In this document: positions 62,544 to 64,000 of the stretch, one piece after another
Numbering within the stretch: position 1 is the stretch's first letter
How the letters are laid out: every line of letters starts with the position of its first letter
DNA from: Mobula hypostoma
Lineage: Eukaryota
Length of the DNA: 64,000 nt
Direction: 5' to 3'
Assembly (NCBI RefSeq): GCF_963921235.1
Contig: NC_086097.1
Span: 211,360,001-211,424,000, forward strand
Program-made: the position numbers and the translations under genes
Notes under the pieces: model-generated
The model's database searches: none
What the model saw: only the letters and a program-made list of their open reading frames with translations
Told to the model about the DNA's origin: nothing

Positions 62544-62773
62544 TGAAGCACCTTCAATTACTCCAAAAGACTGAGGTTTGGTAAAATACTGAAAGGCTTT
62601 TATTCGCTGTACAATACGACCTCCACAGTAAGTGTCTGCCCCCGGACTGAGGGGGAGGGGGCAAGGTGAACACATTTATACAGGACTCTGTGGGAGGAGC
62701 CACAGGGGCAGTCAGCAGAGGGGTGTGTCCAGACAGGTAACCGAGTTACAACATATATACATGGTTTACCACA
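62544..62773 (-). repeat. 5' LTR with TATA box, Inr-like motif and poly(A) signal
   Basis: On the minus strand: TATAAA at 62680-62675, TCAGT at 62650-62646, AATAAA at 62604-62599. Confidence 0.95.
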
Positions 62774-62954
62774 GTTTACTCTGATAGCATTTTGGCATGT
62801 AAACAAGAACTGTTTCCATCCACACAGAAACAAGGAAAGCACCACAGAAACAGGCACAAGGAAGGCATTATCGGTTCAAAATTGTCTAGGCCCCATCACA
62901 GGCTCAACAAATCCACTGTGAAGCAATGAACTACTTGGCTCTAACGCTGCATAC

Positions 62955-63000
62955 CTGAACACGTGATCATTAATATGAACGATTCCATCAGTTTACAGCG
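62955..63000 (-). other. Candidate 46-nt exon of an unidentified host transcript
   Basis: cttcttttgcag|CGCTG...TTCAG|gtatgc on the minus strand, in non-repeat DNA; no protein similarity recognised. Confidence 0.3.
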
Positions 63001-64000
63001 CTGCAAAAGAAGATTTTTTTAACTATTTTTAATGCTGATTGTTAAACTGATTCCTCTTCAATGGTAGAAATTTATTAATATTGCTGCTTTCTCAAGTTGT
63101 TAGTGTCATTAAAATCCATAGGAAGTAGCTTGCCAAGAGCTAAGGACTTCTTTTTCACACTTCAAAGCTTCTGCCAGTCTCTCTAGAAAGCATTGCCAGT
63201 AGAAGTTATGCTAGACAATGGGAAAAGGGCACATAGAACAGTACAAGGTGCAAGAAGAGGAAGGGGGAAGGAAAGGAGAGGGCTGAACAAGAGGCCAAAT
63301 CCATCCTGAGAATTAAGGAATTATTTGGGGAGCAACATGTGAGACATTATGCATTAATACCAATGTCCTCACTTAAAGCTACCACATCCTCCTGTTGCTG
63401 CAACTATTAAGTTAGATAGACTAGGCATTGGCAACTACAACTATTTCCTTACTGCCTTTGTACTGTCAGCAGATAGGGCCACCTGGAACCCCAGGGATAG
63501 TTCCATCTCCTCTCAAATTTACTTCCTCCACTTGGATCTCCAATGCACTGTTAGAAGATCTTGAAGCTGAAATCTTTGACATTGAGCCAATATTTTTCAG
63601 GTCTAAATGTCTTATAAAACTTCCACAATGCATTTGCCCATCAGAAGATATAGCTAGCTTTAAGTGATGTTAACTACTCGTATAATCACCCCCCTGAGCA
63701 TTGAAGGCACTAGACAGCATTGTTAATGCTGCACGGATGTGCAAAAATATAAATAGGCGGGCAATGTGAAGCTGGCATGATACCTACATTGAGAGCAACA
63801 GCTGTGAGTTAAACATGCATCATGGTTCCTACACCTGTTTTCAGGAATGATCCAATTTAGAACAAGCAGCTCCGCCCCTGGAGATAATTAAAGGGTACTC
63901 GTTCAATAGGTGAGGCAGTATTTTGTAAAGGCTTTGAAAACTCTTCAAGACTGTCTCAACTGAACATAAACTGAAAGGTCAAAAGGTTACAAAGGGACAG

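Larger units (their letters stand above)
58235..62773 (-). mobile_element. Full-length Ty3/Gypsy LTR retrotransposon (4539 bp)
   Basis: 229/230-bp LTRs (TG...CA on the minus strand), 5-bp TSD GTTTA (58230-34, 62774-78), gag-PR-RT-RH-IN order, PPT before the 3' LTR. Confidence 0.98.

Overview
Eukaryotic, transposon-dense vertebrate DNA, very probably from a cartilaginous fish (shark or ray), judged from HE1/V-SINE-type SINEs and abundant CR1, Rex1/Babar and Penelope-derived repeats. I recognise no host protein-coding gene; every long ORF derives from a mobile element. Most of the window is decayed, often nested CR1 and Rex1/Babar LINEs. It also holds Penelope-like elements with minimal hammerhead ribozyme cores, several solo LTRs, and mariner, hAT, piggyBac-like and Harbinger relics. 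The best feature is a young, nearly intact 4.5-kb Ty3/Gypsy LTR retrotransposon (58235-62773, minus strand, TSD GTTTA, LTRs about 96% identical). It has no tRNA primer-binding site. Instead, the 16 nt next to the 5' LTR are the perfect reverse complement of the LTR segment carrying the poly(A) signal, which suggests self-priming. It also has a YLDN rather than YxDD RT motif, a polypurine tract folded into a hairpin, and a YY1/E-box tandem array inside gag. A solo LTR of a sister subfamily lies at 40057-40283. Boundaries of old LINE fragments are approximate (tens of bp); TSD-defined boundaries were read base by base. No database searches were possible.
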